Positions 1 through 12,662 of a DNA stretch of 64,000 bases are shown here, in pieces. Where the stretch lies: the NCBI RefSeq assembly GCF_902459465.1, contig NC_047081.1, forward strand, positions 186,001 to 250,000. The letters run 5' to 3'. The notes beneath the pieces were generated by a model. That model was given only the letters and a program-made list of their open reading frames with translations, was not told the origin of the DNA and ran no database searches. The DNA comes from Asterias rubens (lineage: Eukaryota). How positions within the stretch are numbered: position 1 is the first letter of the stretch; each line of letters opens with the position of its first letter. The position numbers were made by a program, and so were the translations under genes.

Positions 1-1013
1 GCAGCGAGCTTACCTGCTTTTTTAAGCTTGTAGAATTCTAGAATTTGAAGGGGCGTGACACAACCTTCTGGACTTTCCGCCTCATAAAGTAAAATGCTAC
101 CGTGTGAGTGTGTAGACTCCAACCAACGCAACAAGTGACTGTAAACTGCAACTAGAGTGCTTGAATCCTAACCCATATCACACACACCCTAAAGCTATTG
201 TAGGCCAATAATTGCACTGACCGTATTGATCTACACATACTACTGCTGAACAATGTCCAGCTAATCTGCACCGAAGTGAAGCCATCCATTGCTAGAGATA
301 TCCATAAAAAGAAAGCTGTAAACCCAAGCCATATTTCAAGGCCTTGCCGAAGCTTTGAATTGATTGTTATTTAAATTCGTGCCTTGTGACTGATCAAGAA
401 AGACGACCACACTCGGCCTCGAAATCACATAGCGTTTATTGTACCGAACTGACAATAGGTGTTTTCATGGAGGTATGGTGAGACCATGGAGGTAGATGGA
501 GGTAGAACCTAGAAGTGTTACTGTATAAAGCTGTGTTTATAACTGTATGAACTATGTTGAACCATGGAGTAATGTTGAACTATGGTTTGAACCATACAAA
601 GCGTAGAGCAAGGAACAGACAAAGTGACACCATGGTGACACACCGACTCCAATGTTGAATGAATTCTATTAGAGCTACAACACACGTGCTTATTGTTTAT
701 ATAACTGATAATCCAAAACAAGGTGTGCGGTTGCGTAATATTACGCAACCGCCCTCTACAGGTTGGGGACCTCCACACGCTGAGGTCACCCACGTGGCCC
801 TCCTGCAACGTCTAGTTCTCATTTTAATTAATAATTATAAGCACATGCTGCGCCGCTGCGTAACCCTGTCTGTTCCTTGCTCTATGGTCTATCCAAAGCT
901 TCTCACCAGCAATTATTACATTCTACACTTCCCCCAAGCCCCCTTCCTAAAAAACAAGGTGATACGAGAAACCATGAGAAACCCCCAAAATGTGTTCCAG
1001 CCCGCCAAATGAC

Positions 1014-1641
1014 TAGTCTTGGTTCCAAGACCATTGGTGTTGCGCGGTCACACACAACCAACGTTCCGATCTATGCACGGCAAAAACTGTACACGCTTTG
1101 TAATGACCGAACGCTAGCGGGCGCTCTGTTTCTCTGATTATAGACCTTTTCGCAAATACTGGGGCGCGCGCGTAAAGCTTGGAATTAAGTGCATTGTGGT
1201 CCAGCTGGTATCCAAATTTGATCCATATCGATAAGGTCGCAAATACCAATGTGCAAGCGCACACTGTTGAATGAGGTCGATGTGGGATAGATATGGATCA
1301 AATTTGGATACCAGCTGGACCACAATAGACCTTATCGCAAATACCAATGCGCAAGCGCAGACTGTTGAATGAGGTGCATTGTGGGATAGATATGGATCAA
1401 ATTTTGATACCAGCAAGACCACAATCCACCTAATTCCAAGCTTTACGCGCGCGCCCCGGTATTTGCGATAAGGTCTATGCACCTAATTCCAAGCTTTACG
1501 CGCGCGCCCCAGTATTTGCGAAAAGGTCGTGCCCGCTAGCGTTCGGTCATTACAGAGCGTGTACAGTTTTTGCCGTGCATAGATCGGAACGTTGGTTACG
1601 TGTGTGACCGCGCAACACCAATGGTCTTGGAACCAAGACTA
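1014..1641. mobile_element. Non-autonomous foldback/MITE DNA transposon, Mutator-like (long TIRs, 9-bp TSD)
   Basis: Arms ~1014-1190 and ~1483-1641 are reverse complements (TAGTCTTGGTTCCAAGACCA... / ...TGGTCTTGGAACCAAGACTA). A perfect 9-bp direct repeat CCAAATGAC flanks it at 1005-1013 and 1642-1650. No transposase ORF. Confidence 0.85.
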
Positions 1642-3377
1642 CCAAATGACGGACTCCCTTCTCACCGCAACCAAAGCCCGACTTCCCGACCCCTAGCACA
1701 TACAACGCGCATCGCACTTAACCGCCATTTTGGGAGCCAAATGTACACAAAGAAATTGACTCCCAAAAAGGCAGACGCGCATTGTGCATCAGAGGTGCGT
1801 CTCGCTCTGTTCGAAGAGAGTTTGGCCAACACATGTGGTCTACAAAACAAAGTTCTAAAATGGTGGGAGGCCTAGCCCTTATTATGCAGTCTACTTCTTG
1901 TTGATAAACGAAAAAGGACAAGTTGTTTGTTGTGATGGATATACATGAAGTAATTATTAAAATTGCAGTGCTGACAAAAAATAACCACTCTCCATTGTAT
2001 TTGGAACATTCGTGCAGTTTTTGTTTATTTTTATTTAGTATAGGCAATGTTGAAATAACAATAACAATAGTTAAACTATAAACGGTAGTACAACAACATA
2101 CTGAAATGTTCCAAATTTGATATTTTCTCATAAAACGAAAAGAAAGTGAACGGTTTTTTTCACAGCTAATTAGGCACTTTTACATGACTTTCAAGTCTAA
2201 ATCCCAATACTTTCAAAAAAGAAATAGATCAAGTTTATAGACATGTTCAAATGCTCTTGGCCACAAATTATTGGTGTGCAATGAATTTTGGGTTATTCTG
2301 AGCGAAAACACCTTTTTTTCAACATGACTTCTTTTGAAGTGATGCACCACACAACACGTATAAATACATGGAAGTAACATGAAACTACCGCTTAATTGTC
2401 TATTGTATCAACAGCAGTTTCATAGGTTTTCTTCTTCAAAATGGCACTTGTCCATGTTACTTTGATTTTTAGTGCACTTGAGTCTAACAGTGTAAGAATA
2501 TAAGTTTAATATTAATAAAGTCTTAATGTTAAGAATAATATCTTAGTCCCAAAATTCAACATGGAAAAACTACAGCTTAAAATACAAGGCAAACATAAGG
2601 AGTTATCTAAGGCCGATATTCACATCAGAGTCGACAGACTTTTCAGTTTAATAACACTCACTTTTTCTTTTTCTGTTTTCAAACTTCGGATTTTGTTTGG
2701 ACTAGCGATATCGAAATTAAAGCAGTTCCGGGAAATACGTCACAAGGGGAGTTTTCCCACCATCTTTATACCAAGTTTCTGTGAAACCTGTGAGCATTTT
2801 TATTTCAATCTTACCAATGCCAAGTTTAATAGTGAAATCTGTGAGCATTTACATTTCAATCTTACAATACCAAAGTACACACCAATTTAATACATTTAGA
2901 AATGTCACCAAATCGTTATAATATAAATATAGTAATGACAATTATAAGCCAGCCATGCCATCCTTTGGCAGGGTGCATTTATAAAAATGTGTTTCACTTT
3001 GGTTTGTTTTCGGTACTTTGGCTGTCACCATGAACATGATTTTAGCCAGAGTTTGTCGTTGTTTACAACTGTGAACTTATTGGATAAAATGTTTTTGCCG
3101 TTTCGCATTCTGTAGAGGAAGGCGCTGTTTTTGAACAACGTCATTATCAGCAATACACAATAATTCATCTTAAACACAAAAACATACACATACAAGTCAA
3201 CTTTTGAAATCCAAACACATTTGCTTTGGAAAAACATATAATATAGCAAACCTTATCCTTAAATTAATCAAAGCTGTTTTACTAAGTTCCTTAAAAGACA
3301 TGAAAAAATAACAGTAATGCTAGTACTCTTCTTATACAGCAGTACAAAAGCTGTAATTTTAACTAGAAAACGTGGGC

Positions 3378-5460
3378 TTAGTCGCATCCCACTCCTGCAC
3401 CCAAAATGCCAGTGCGCTGCATCCTGGCTTGTATGACCTTTTTCGGCACTACCTTCCGCTCTGTGGCCTGGCCCAGGGTTGCCATCAGATCTATGAACAT
3501 GGTTGTTATGTTGATCTTCCAGCCGAATTCCCCTGTCTTGTAATCCCATGGGAAGGTATGATGGTAGTTGTGCCAGCCTTCACCAACTGCCAAGGAGGAC
3601 ACGAATCTGTTCTCGGAAGGGTTGATGAAGCGATCGTAAGGCTTGTTCCCCCACAAGTGTGCTGCGCTGTTCACCAACCAGGTACAGTTGAGAGTGAAGC
3701 AGTAGCGTAGCAGCCCAGCTACGTAAAAGGCATTCCAGATGGATTCTCCCCAGCAGATCACCGGTACAGCAGTCGGTAAGATGAAACAGAAGAACAAAAT
3801 CAACGGGAGATAGAACCTGCCATAAAACACCACAACAACATTACGAATTGGAATACAGCTAGTACCTGCCATAAAACACCACAACAACATTATGAATTGG
3901 AATACAGCTGTACCTGCCACAAAACACCACAACATTACGGATTGGAATACAGCTAGTACCTGCCACAAAACACCACAACAACATTACGAATTGGAATGCA
4001 ACATTCATCGTTTAGCACTGACACACATTCAAAAAGTAACTCCTACTCACTTTCTTTGGTATTTCACCACTGGGTCATCCAAGAGGTCACGAAGATCAAT
4101 TCTAGACCCTTTCTCGATCACCTTAGGATGTTTTCGGCAAAGGAGCCAGCCGACGTGAGCGAAGAAGAACCCTCTTGTGGCGTTGTGTGGATCGGCCTCG
4201 GTCTCCGAGTACTTGTGGTGAACCCGGTGGTCTCGTGACCAGTCGTAGATGTCATTCTGCAAATACAAAACGCTGCCTTAGTCACACTTGTTGGATTTAT
4301 CATGGAGGTATTTCTACCTCTATGGATTTATCAATCATGTTCATCATTTGAGCTTTGTCGGTTACAATATTGTAATGGCTAATTGCCTTCAGACAAATGT
4401 CCATTTTGGGGTAGTTTTTTTTAGTTTGATAGACATGATGTTGTGATGTCTCATGTCATTAGATAAATAGAAAGACGGACAAGTGATTTGTAGTTTAGTG
4501 CTGGTTTGTGATCATGCTACGAACTATTAACTTAAACTGCGGAAGCTTTAAACAAGCCACATAAAGTTTAACGGTGGGGTTTTGTGACCGTTATCAAAAA
4601 ACAAAATGTTGACTTTGCTGTGTGCAAGGCGCAATCAAGTGATGTCGACGGTTTGTGTTGTTTTGTTGAGTAATGCATTGTGATTCCACTGGCCCTGAAT
4701 TTGTAGTTTCTGTTATACAAAAAAAAAAACACTGAGGGTGGGATTTTGGGTGTCTATTCACCTGGAGTGCTACGCAGTTGAACATTCCAAGGAGTATCCG
4801 TAGAGGGAGCTTTGCTTTGTATGTGCGATGAGCCCACAGCCGATGTGCTCCTGCTGTTATGCCAATACCACCGCAAAGATAAAGCCCGATAGCTGAAAAG
4901 ACACAAACAATAAAATAACATGTCAATAATGGTTTAGTATTCTCCTTAGGAACGCACGTGTCGTGACCAAGAGATTGGAACACACACTCTGCTGATCGGC
5001 AGCATCAGAGCTAGAGTCCATAAAAGTCATGTTTTGTTCATAGTTTCATTTCATTTAATGTCTGCAATCAATTATTGTCCCACACAAACACGTGCATGTT
5101 TCCTGAATGAGCGTCCTAAAAGATGGATCACTTTTCAGTTTATTGTTGACGTCAGTTGGAGGAAAAAATGCAAATTTAAGAGCAAAGACACTTACCCCAA
5201 AGGAGCGTATTCGCTCGACACTTCCACGTCAGAAACAAGAAAGCATAGACGGACGCGATGTGCAACGCCGCCATAATAACAACGTTACGCCACACAATTC
5301 TTGTCGGGACTTTCACCCCATCTCCTAGCTGACTGTCGGCCATCTCCGCCGACTCTGTCCCCGGCATGTCGGTCTCACCATGCTCCTCTTGTACCTGCTC
5401 TGCGTTGCCTTCATCCGGGGTCAGCTCCACTGAAGAGTAGATGTGATTTCGTGGGGCCAT
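3378..5460 (-). CDS. SCD: Stearoyl-CoA (delta-9-type) desaturase paralog A, 4 coding exons, 346 aa
   Basis: Exons 5460-5196, 4892-4762, 4256-4051, 3816-3378 (265+131+206+439=1041 nt, GT-AG, phases consistent). His boxes HRLWAH, HRVHH and HNYHH, plus NSAAH. Confidence 0.96.
3817..4005 (-). repeat. 46-49 bp tandem repeat in SCD-A intron 3; each unit ends in a copy of the exon-4 acceptor
   Basis: On the minus strand TTTT(A/G)TGGCAG|GT recurs with the AG at plus-strand positions 3817, 3866, 3914 and 3960 (spacings 49, 48, 46). Confidence 0.9.
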
Positions 5461-6544
5461 TTTGAATTAGTGAATTCGCAAGTTATCCTATCGGAGACAA
5501 ATAAAGATGTGCCTTAAATTTCCTCCGAAGAAAATGTATATCACGGAAACCGGGAGAATCTGTTTCTACGATTCGATCTTAGTAAAGTAACCACAATAAT
5601 GGAATCGTTACTTTTCAATTGAAGCTTTGGTTTTAGACTCGATGTGCAGTAACATCCGAGTATGACACATGGGTTCATAGTCTGTCTGCTGATACCCGAC
5701 TTCTGCAATTGGGTTTCATTATCTGGAATGTATTGATACTAATGATACATGCCTATTGGAAAAAGTTTATTCCCATTTATATGACGTCATCGTCGACAGT
5801 TGATTGAACTCGAGTTTCCATAGCAAACTAAGCATTTACTGAAAGAATCTCCGAAATGTATTTTTTAAGCAAAATAGCCATCGGGCATATTATATTGTGT
5901 TTTTCAAGTAAACACTTGAACTCTTCTCGATATGTGTTTCTATTTTGGACTCATATTAATGACGACTCGTGCAAAAAGAAAAAAGTTTAAGGTCAAATAC
6001 ACTCTGTGGTTCATTATTGGCGAATTGATGCGTAATTCATTGAGCGTTTTGTACTTTTTATTCCGAGGCAAAACGATATGTGCATATCAAACGCGTACAG
6101 CAGAAGGCTTATATCGGCATTGCATTACAGTGTCAGCTCTATAATTGCATTTCATCACGAACTTTTCCAGTATTGCATAAATGATCACGCAGATGGACAA
6201 TCTGATGTGTTCCTTGTGCATGTACGGTCAAAACGGTAAATGGAATGCAATGCACGTGGCAGGCAAAGATTATATTTCTTGTGTATTAATAAAAATTTCC
6301 GTCTTGAAAGATGGAAAACCAGAATTTTGCAGATGTTAAACAATATTTCACAAAAATGAATCTTTTTTAAGCTAAAAGAATACAAACTGCTGAGGTGAAA
6401 TTTCACAGGTTAATTTTATTGTGTAGAATTTATACATGTATAATCGAACGGTTCCCGAAACCGAATCATTAGATCTATACTTTGCCTCCGTGGATAAATT
6501 AACATACCTTCGTCTCTCAATTGTCGTTTCAAACTAACCCTGAA

Positions 6545-6927
6545 TTAAAGAAACACGTTGCCTTCGGATCGGTCTATACAAAGCGTTTGTAACCGTTTGT
6601 TATAAACCGCAATGGTTGGATCAAAATGTTGTTAAAGTAGAATACAATGATCCACACAAGTTTGCCTCGAAATTGCGTGGTTTTCATTTTACTTTGCGAA
6701 CTAATACGGTCGGCCATTTATGGGAGTCAAACATTTGACTCCCATGAATGGCCGACATTGGTGGTCGACGAGGTAAAAGGAAAACCGTACAATTTCTAGG
6801 CATGATTTTGTGGATCATTGTATTCTACTTTTACAGCATCTTTCTACCCATATGCATTTTATAGCAAACGGTTACAAACGCCTTTCAAAGGCCAACTCGA
6901 CCAATCCAAGGCAACGTTATCCTTTAA
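6545..6927. mobile_element. TTAA-flanked MITE (Kolobok/piggyBac-like) with internal hairpin
   Basis: TTAA|AGAAACACGTTGCCTT ... AAGGCAACGTTATCCT|TTAA, with sub-terminal inverted AAAGCGTTTGTAACCGTTTG / CAAACGGTTACAAACGCCTTT. A related terminus occurs at ~24590. Confidence 0.75.
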
Positions 6928-9900
6928 ATAAAACTATCGGCATTGGAATCGGTTTAACTCAGACCCTCAGACTATTGGGATCTTTTTGTAACTTCTCTTG
7001 GAAGGTCAGCCTGTATATTCACACTCAACCTTCGCAACCAACAATAGCCCACTCAAAATAATCACTCAACGAATTGTGATTGCTAGTTGCTACTACCCAA
7101 CATTTTAAAGGGGAAAAGTGAGGCAGCACTAACAGTCTCAACAATATTACCAAAATGTTGGCTGGTGACCTATTTCTTTCAATGAGCAACACTAATTATC
7201 TATAAGCTCAAACAATCTTACCGAAATTGGAGAACCTAGAATTGCGTTGAAAGGTCCAATACACCTGCTATTCTCAGAGCGATTGGCAAATTATATCCAC
7301 AACAGTTTTAGGGCTGAGCACAATTGCATGTTTTGTCTATACAGCAATAATTGTTAAGCGAAATTGCCGCATGGGCAGTCACACATCTTACATAACACAC
7401 CTTGGTAAAAAATCAAAGGTAGGGTAATCTATAATGTACGTGTACTTAACAGCTTACAAATAGTTTTGTGCAAGGTTTTCGCGGGAGCCCACATAATTGC
7501 GTCATGCACCATTGCATGATCAGGCACAACCACTAGTATGTGTGTAAGGTCAGTCAACACTTAACAGCTAGGACCCCATTGGATAAGTAACATCGTACGA
7601 CTACTTGTCAATGCCATCGTCTGATAAATATATATAACCTCATTATAACCTTTAGTTTCCCTACTGGTGGTGACGACATTTATTTACTCACTCGATATAA
7701 TTTACGGAAACAAACAACTCAGGTTGAGAAATGTAAATAAAATGTCAAATAGATGCATTTAATGGGTATGCCATGGTATAGCAGATGTTGATAAAAGCGA
7801 AACAAAGTGAATTTATGCTGTAAATTCATCTGTAGGCCTACAGTGACTTTTCTGAAAACGATGGTCCTAAAATGAAACAACATGGGCTGACCTTCATGTA
7901 CTCATGATTATGATAGGTTCAATGGGCATTTCAGGATTTTCAATGCACAATTTTTCTGGGTTTATTTTCAAGGGCAACAAATTACAGGTGGAACTTAAGT
8001 AGATCAAATAATCATGTCTGTAAACTGTCTAGTCTAATGGTAAACAAGTGTTGTCTGGGTCTGTTACCATGGCAACATGACCTTGAGCCCAACTAATTTA
8101 AAGTAGATTTATCATAAAAGAAATTGGTAGTGAACTAAAATAGTAAACACTTAAATACTTAATTTATACTGGCATATAAATGCTCGACACAACGTTTCAA
8201 TGGAATCCCATAATTAAACATTCAAATCTAATTAATAAATGGTCGGACAAGAAATGCATGGACTATAGTAATATAATGTACATTTTAGTAACAGTTATGG
8301 TACAAAGTTAAAAGTACAGAGGCTCTTGACTCTTCTCAAAATTAAGTTTGAGCTTGTCAGTATAAAACTGTACTTTAATTTCACAACAATTCACAAGTTT
8401 ACTTCAATGCCAAGTCAACAGGCAGATAAGCATACATTGCAAAGACTGATGTATTTTTCTTTTAAAACACCATGTGGAAATAATTTTACGACCTCGCCAC
8501 CAACTTCCGGCCTTTTTTTTATTTTTTTTTTTTTCTTCTTTTTTGCACCTGAGGATGTTTTCAATCGATTGGGCTAGGATATAGTATCTAATTTACCTCA
8601 ATGAGATATCCTTTTTTGTAAAAATTATTGAAAAAGTGGTGGTGCCATACGGAATGTTATCCAAAAATAACACTAATTTTTTAAAAACAGTTACAAATAA
8701 TACTAATAATCTCTTTAAAAACAACTACATTTTGTGTTATTTTCACACCCCATAAATGTTGATTCTCTGTTTTAGGTGTGTTTTAATGTGACAACACCTC
8801 GGCCTATATGGTGTACATTTTAATACAGTGTTTTGCAGTATAGTTATATAGTACCCCTTGGAATCCTACCCCTTTTATTTTTTAACTTCCATGTACGATT
8901 ATTATAACCAAACAGAGAAGAATTTAGATAGAACCCTGTAGTCAGAGGACAACAACTGCCCAGGAAATGAAACTCTACACTCCACTATTCTTCCCGACAA
9001 TCCCACCTCCCCGGTCGGTTCTCCATTTCTTATATACCGAAGCACGGAGCTCTGGGCCCCACGAGCAGCAGCACAGTAAACGGTGCAACCAGACCAAGTC
9101 CATAAATGGCGATGTCTTTCTTCTTCATCAAGGTCAATCGAATTGATTAAATCCAGGGCAGTCTAGAAATGGCGGTTGTTGAAACAGCCAGTGTGCGTGA
9201 ACCCCTAGCCTAGCCCTAACCATAGTTAATCCTACAACAAACACTGAATGTACGAGAGTACTTCAAGATTGTGGACATTGAATGTTGAAAACACTGTCCC
9301 GACTGTCAACATTATTATCCATGTATATTTCGCCACGACCTACGAATGTGATGTACATACATGTACATGACCAGTCAAATTTAATTGCTGCAAATAAGTC
9401 ACACCATTTTAGTTAGGTTACATATTGAATATTTACCTTTTTCGATGTCAGTAATGTGGCAGTGCTGGTAATGTAGCATTTATCACCAAAATAAATAAAA
9501 CGAAGCCGCGAAATGTGTGTATCGGATGCAAATCACTGCGCAAGTTCCAGAGTTTTATACTGCTGTTGCCAGCTGACTTTTGCGTCCTAAAATACCATGT
9601 ATAATTTTGTGTAATACAGTGTACATACGATACAGCTGGGGTTGTACAAACCTAATGCATGTACACATGTACATCATGCATGCGCGCACATGATGCACGT
9701 CTTGTCTTTTTTAGCAGGCATCACGTGATTGTGACTATATTTGCATAATATATTAACTACTTTCACAGTGCATAGCTCACAGTGCTGGGCTGGTTCACGG
9801 TCATTCCCATCCTTAACGATGTTTCGTAAACAAGACGCCGGGTGCCAGCTGCAGTATGCTCCACCTACTGGGAATGGCGTGATGCGTGCCCATGAATGGT

Positions 9901-10657
9901 GCAGCGCGTGATGCTGATGTAATAGCTGTAAGCCAATCAGATGTTCCGTCACTGAATAAAAATAATAATAATGAGTTACATGTACAGAAACCGCGTGTGC
10001 ACCGGAGGAAACACTGTCCTCGCCCATTTTATGGGAAATTAACATAAAACTATTCTGGAGGCCTAAGGAGGAGGATTCAAAAGAGGGCGCTCTATCAGAC
10101 GTTTCTAGGCTGGGCTGCTGTCTTTGGACAAAGACAGGTCTCTATCTCTAGGTCCAGTGATTCCATACAATTGGACACATGTTGATATATTGCAGCGACA
10201 TATTTTTTCTATCTGATAAAGTTTACAAAAAGATAAATATTAGTGATATGTGTTTATCTAGCGCTCAATACAGGGTTTCTAAGCATGAATGAAAAAGAAA
10301 GTAATTAAATACACGTACAAAATGACCATAACAAAGTATTAAAGTGGACAATTAACAAAAAATGACATAATTTTAAGTGAGATGAAATACCTGGACTTAA
10401 CAAACTTTGATGGATCTAAATTAATGAGTTTTTCGTTCAGGTCTTAGATTCATTGTTGAATAATTGTTTTTAACTTATTCAAAGACTTCCGAAGTTGCTT
10501 GTAAAGTTCTATATCAATTACGCTCAGTACGAGTTCATTTGAAGTCGTACGTTTTTTCAGTTATTTATTATACCAAGGGTGCTTTTAACCGTGAGAGATA
10601 GTCTTTGAGTCACTTTTTTGTAATAGTACTTTCCATCTGTCTTTGGCTTCTTTAGGG

Positions 10658-12590
10658 AGCCACTTTGAGATTTGTGGCCCCCGGAGGCTGGATATATCCT
10701 CTATGTCCATCCAGGATTGACCTAAAGCATTATTTTGTTAAAAATTGTTTAACGATGGCAGAAATTAGGCAAAGGGATGTTTTCGATACGTAGTTGAAGT
10801 CATGGTGGGCAAGTAGGATATCGGACGTGAAATAAACGTTTTAAAATAATTATTCACTTTATGCAAATCGTTACCAATAAGATTTGCATAAAGTGAATAA
10901 TTATTCCAAAACGTTTACCTCACGCTCGATTTCTGCAATACTTGCACACCATCACTACAACTACATACCCAAAATACCCCCTTCCCAAATTTCGAAAAAG
11001 GTGAATCATTTACAAGAAAACTAATATTTGTGCATGGAAATATCTATATAAGATACACCCATCCCGGGGGCCACGTATCACAAAGTGTCTCCCTAAGGAA
11101 GCTAAAGATAGATGCAAAACGTTAAATACTAATTCGCAAGCAAATGAAAAACTTCTTTATAAGAATAGGCACCCTCGGCTGTTCAGCATGGAAACCGTCA
11201 TATAAACGGGATTCACTGTTTAAGAGAACAGCCGGGAGAAGCAGATTCGGAATGACCTGTATTTCAAGTGTATTGATTGCTGACAATACTAATGGGAAAA
11301 GTGATGACATAAAAAGTTTTTTATACCCAACCATTCATGACTCTACACTATCTTACGCTACATCACAGTAATAACAAAGGGCGCCCTCATGGCAAACCTA
11401 CGCTCCATTGACCTTGCATTCATTTCACGTGGAGATTCGCAGTTTACACGTTTAAAACAAGGTTATGTTTAGGTCAAGTACAGCATTGCAATGTACTGCA
11501 CATCCAATGAAGTCATTGTACCCATGAGATTGTTGTGTATGTAAAACCATTCCTCCCTCAGTGGTTGGTTAAACCAGGGCCATTCTCCATGTGGGGGATG
11601 ACGGGTCAGTCTATAGCCACTTTCAGATTTGTGGCCCCCGGAGGCTGGATATATCCTCTATGTCCATCCAGGATTGACCTAAAGCATTATTTTTGTTAAA
11701 AATTGTTTAACGATGGCAGAATTTAGGCAAAGGGATGTTTTCGATACGTAGTTGAAGTCATGGTGGGCAAGTAGGATATCGGACGTGAAATAAACGTTTT
11801 AAAATAATTATTCACTTTATGCAAATCGTTACCAATAAGATTTGCATAAAGTGAATAATTATTCCAAAACGTTTACCTCACGCTCGATTTCTGCAATACT
11901 TGCACACCATCACTACAACTACGTACCCAAAATACCCCCTTCCCAAATTTCGAAAAAGGTGAATCATTTACAAGAAAACTAATATTTGTGCATGGAAATA
12001 TCTTTATAAGATACATCCATCCCGGGGGCCACGTATCACAAAGTGGCTCCCTAAGGAAGCTAAAGATAGATGCAAACGTTAAATACTAATTCGCAAGCAA
12101 ATGAAAAACTTCTTTATAAGAATAGGCCCCCTCGGCTGTTCAGCATGGAAACCGTCACATAAACGGGATTCACTGTTTATAGAACAGCCGGGAGAAGCAG
12201 ATTCGGAATACTTGTTGTTTAAAATGACCTGTATTTCAAGTGTATTGATTGCTGACAATACTAATGGGAAAAGTGATGACATAAACAGTTTTTTATACCC
12301 AACCATTCATGACTCTACACTATCTTACGCTACATCACAGTAATAACAAAGGGCGCCCTCATGGCAAGCCTACGCTCCATTGACCTTGCATTCATTTCAC
12401 GTGGAGATTCGCAGTTTACACGTATAAAACAAGGTTATGTTTAGGTCAAGTACAGCATTGCAATGTACTGCACATCCAATGAAGTCATTGTACCCATGAG
12501 ATTATTGTGTATGTAAAACCAATTCTCCCTCAGTGGTTGGTGAAACCAGGGCCATTCTCCATGTGGGGGATGACGGGTCAGTCTATAGCC
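10658..12590. repeat. Direct tandem duplication, units of ~957 and ~972 bp
   Basis: 10658-11614 is repeated at 11615-12586 with few substitutions and one ~15-bp indel. AGCC occurs at all three junctions. Each unit contains an old palindromic element (~10773-10980 and its copy). Confidence 0.95.
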
Positions 12591-12642
12591 CAGCCCCCCC
12601 CCCCCACCCCCACCCCCGCCCCCAAGGATCAAATCAGTGACC

Positions 12643-12662
12643 GTGAACTCAATTGAGGTCAC
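12643..12662. promoter_or_regulatory. Near-perfect 20-bp palindrome forming an ER6 nuclear-receptor-type element
   Basis: GTGAACTCAATTGAGGTCAC = TGAACT-n6-AGGTCA, just after a GC-box-rich tract (12591-12622) and ~1.26 kb upstream of the SCD-B ATG. Function not shown. Confidence 0.4.

Noticed and set aside
9-90. Minus-strand CAG|GTAAG donor and GGCGGAAAGT motif suggesting the first exon of an off-window gene
   Set aside because: No coding evidence and the rest lies outside the window.
3817-3968. Hydrophobic N-terminal extensions of the SCD exon-4 ORFs (also 15841-15986) as extra TM segments
   Set aside because: They derive from the intronic repeat. Only splicing to the last AG restores the conserved QRK-FY frame and a normal-length SCD.
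8915-9135. GC-richer stretch with a short hydrophobic ORF (MKKKDIAIYGLGLV...) between the SCDs
   Set aside because: Only 32 codons, with no family motif or convincing exon boundaries; could be UTR or a repeat relic.
11122-12343. Paired ~75-aa ORFs as duplicated small genes
   Set aside because: By-products of the tandem duplication; no recognisable domain or splice context, and open on both strands.
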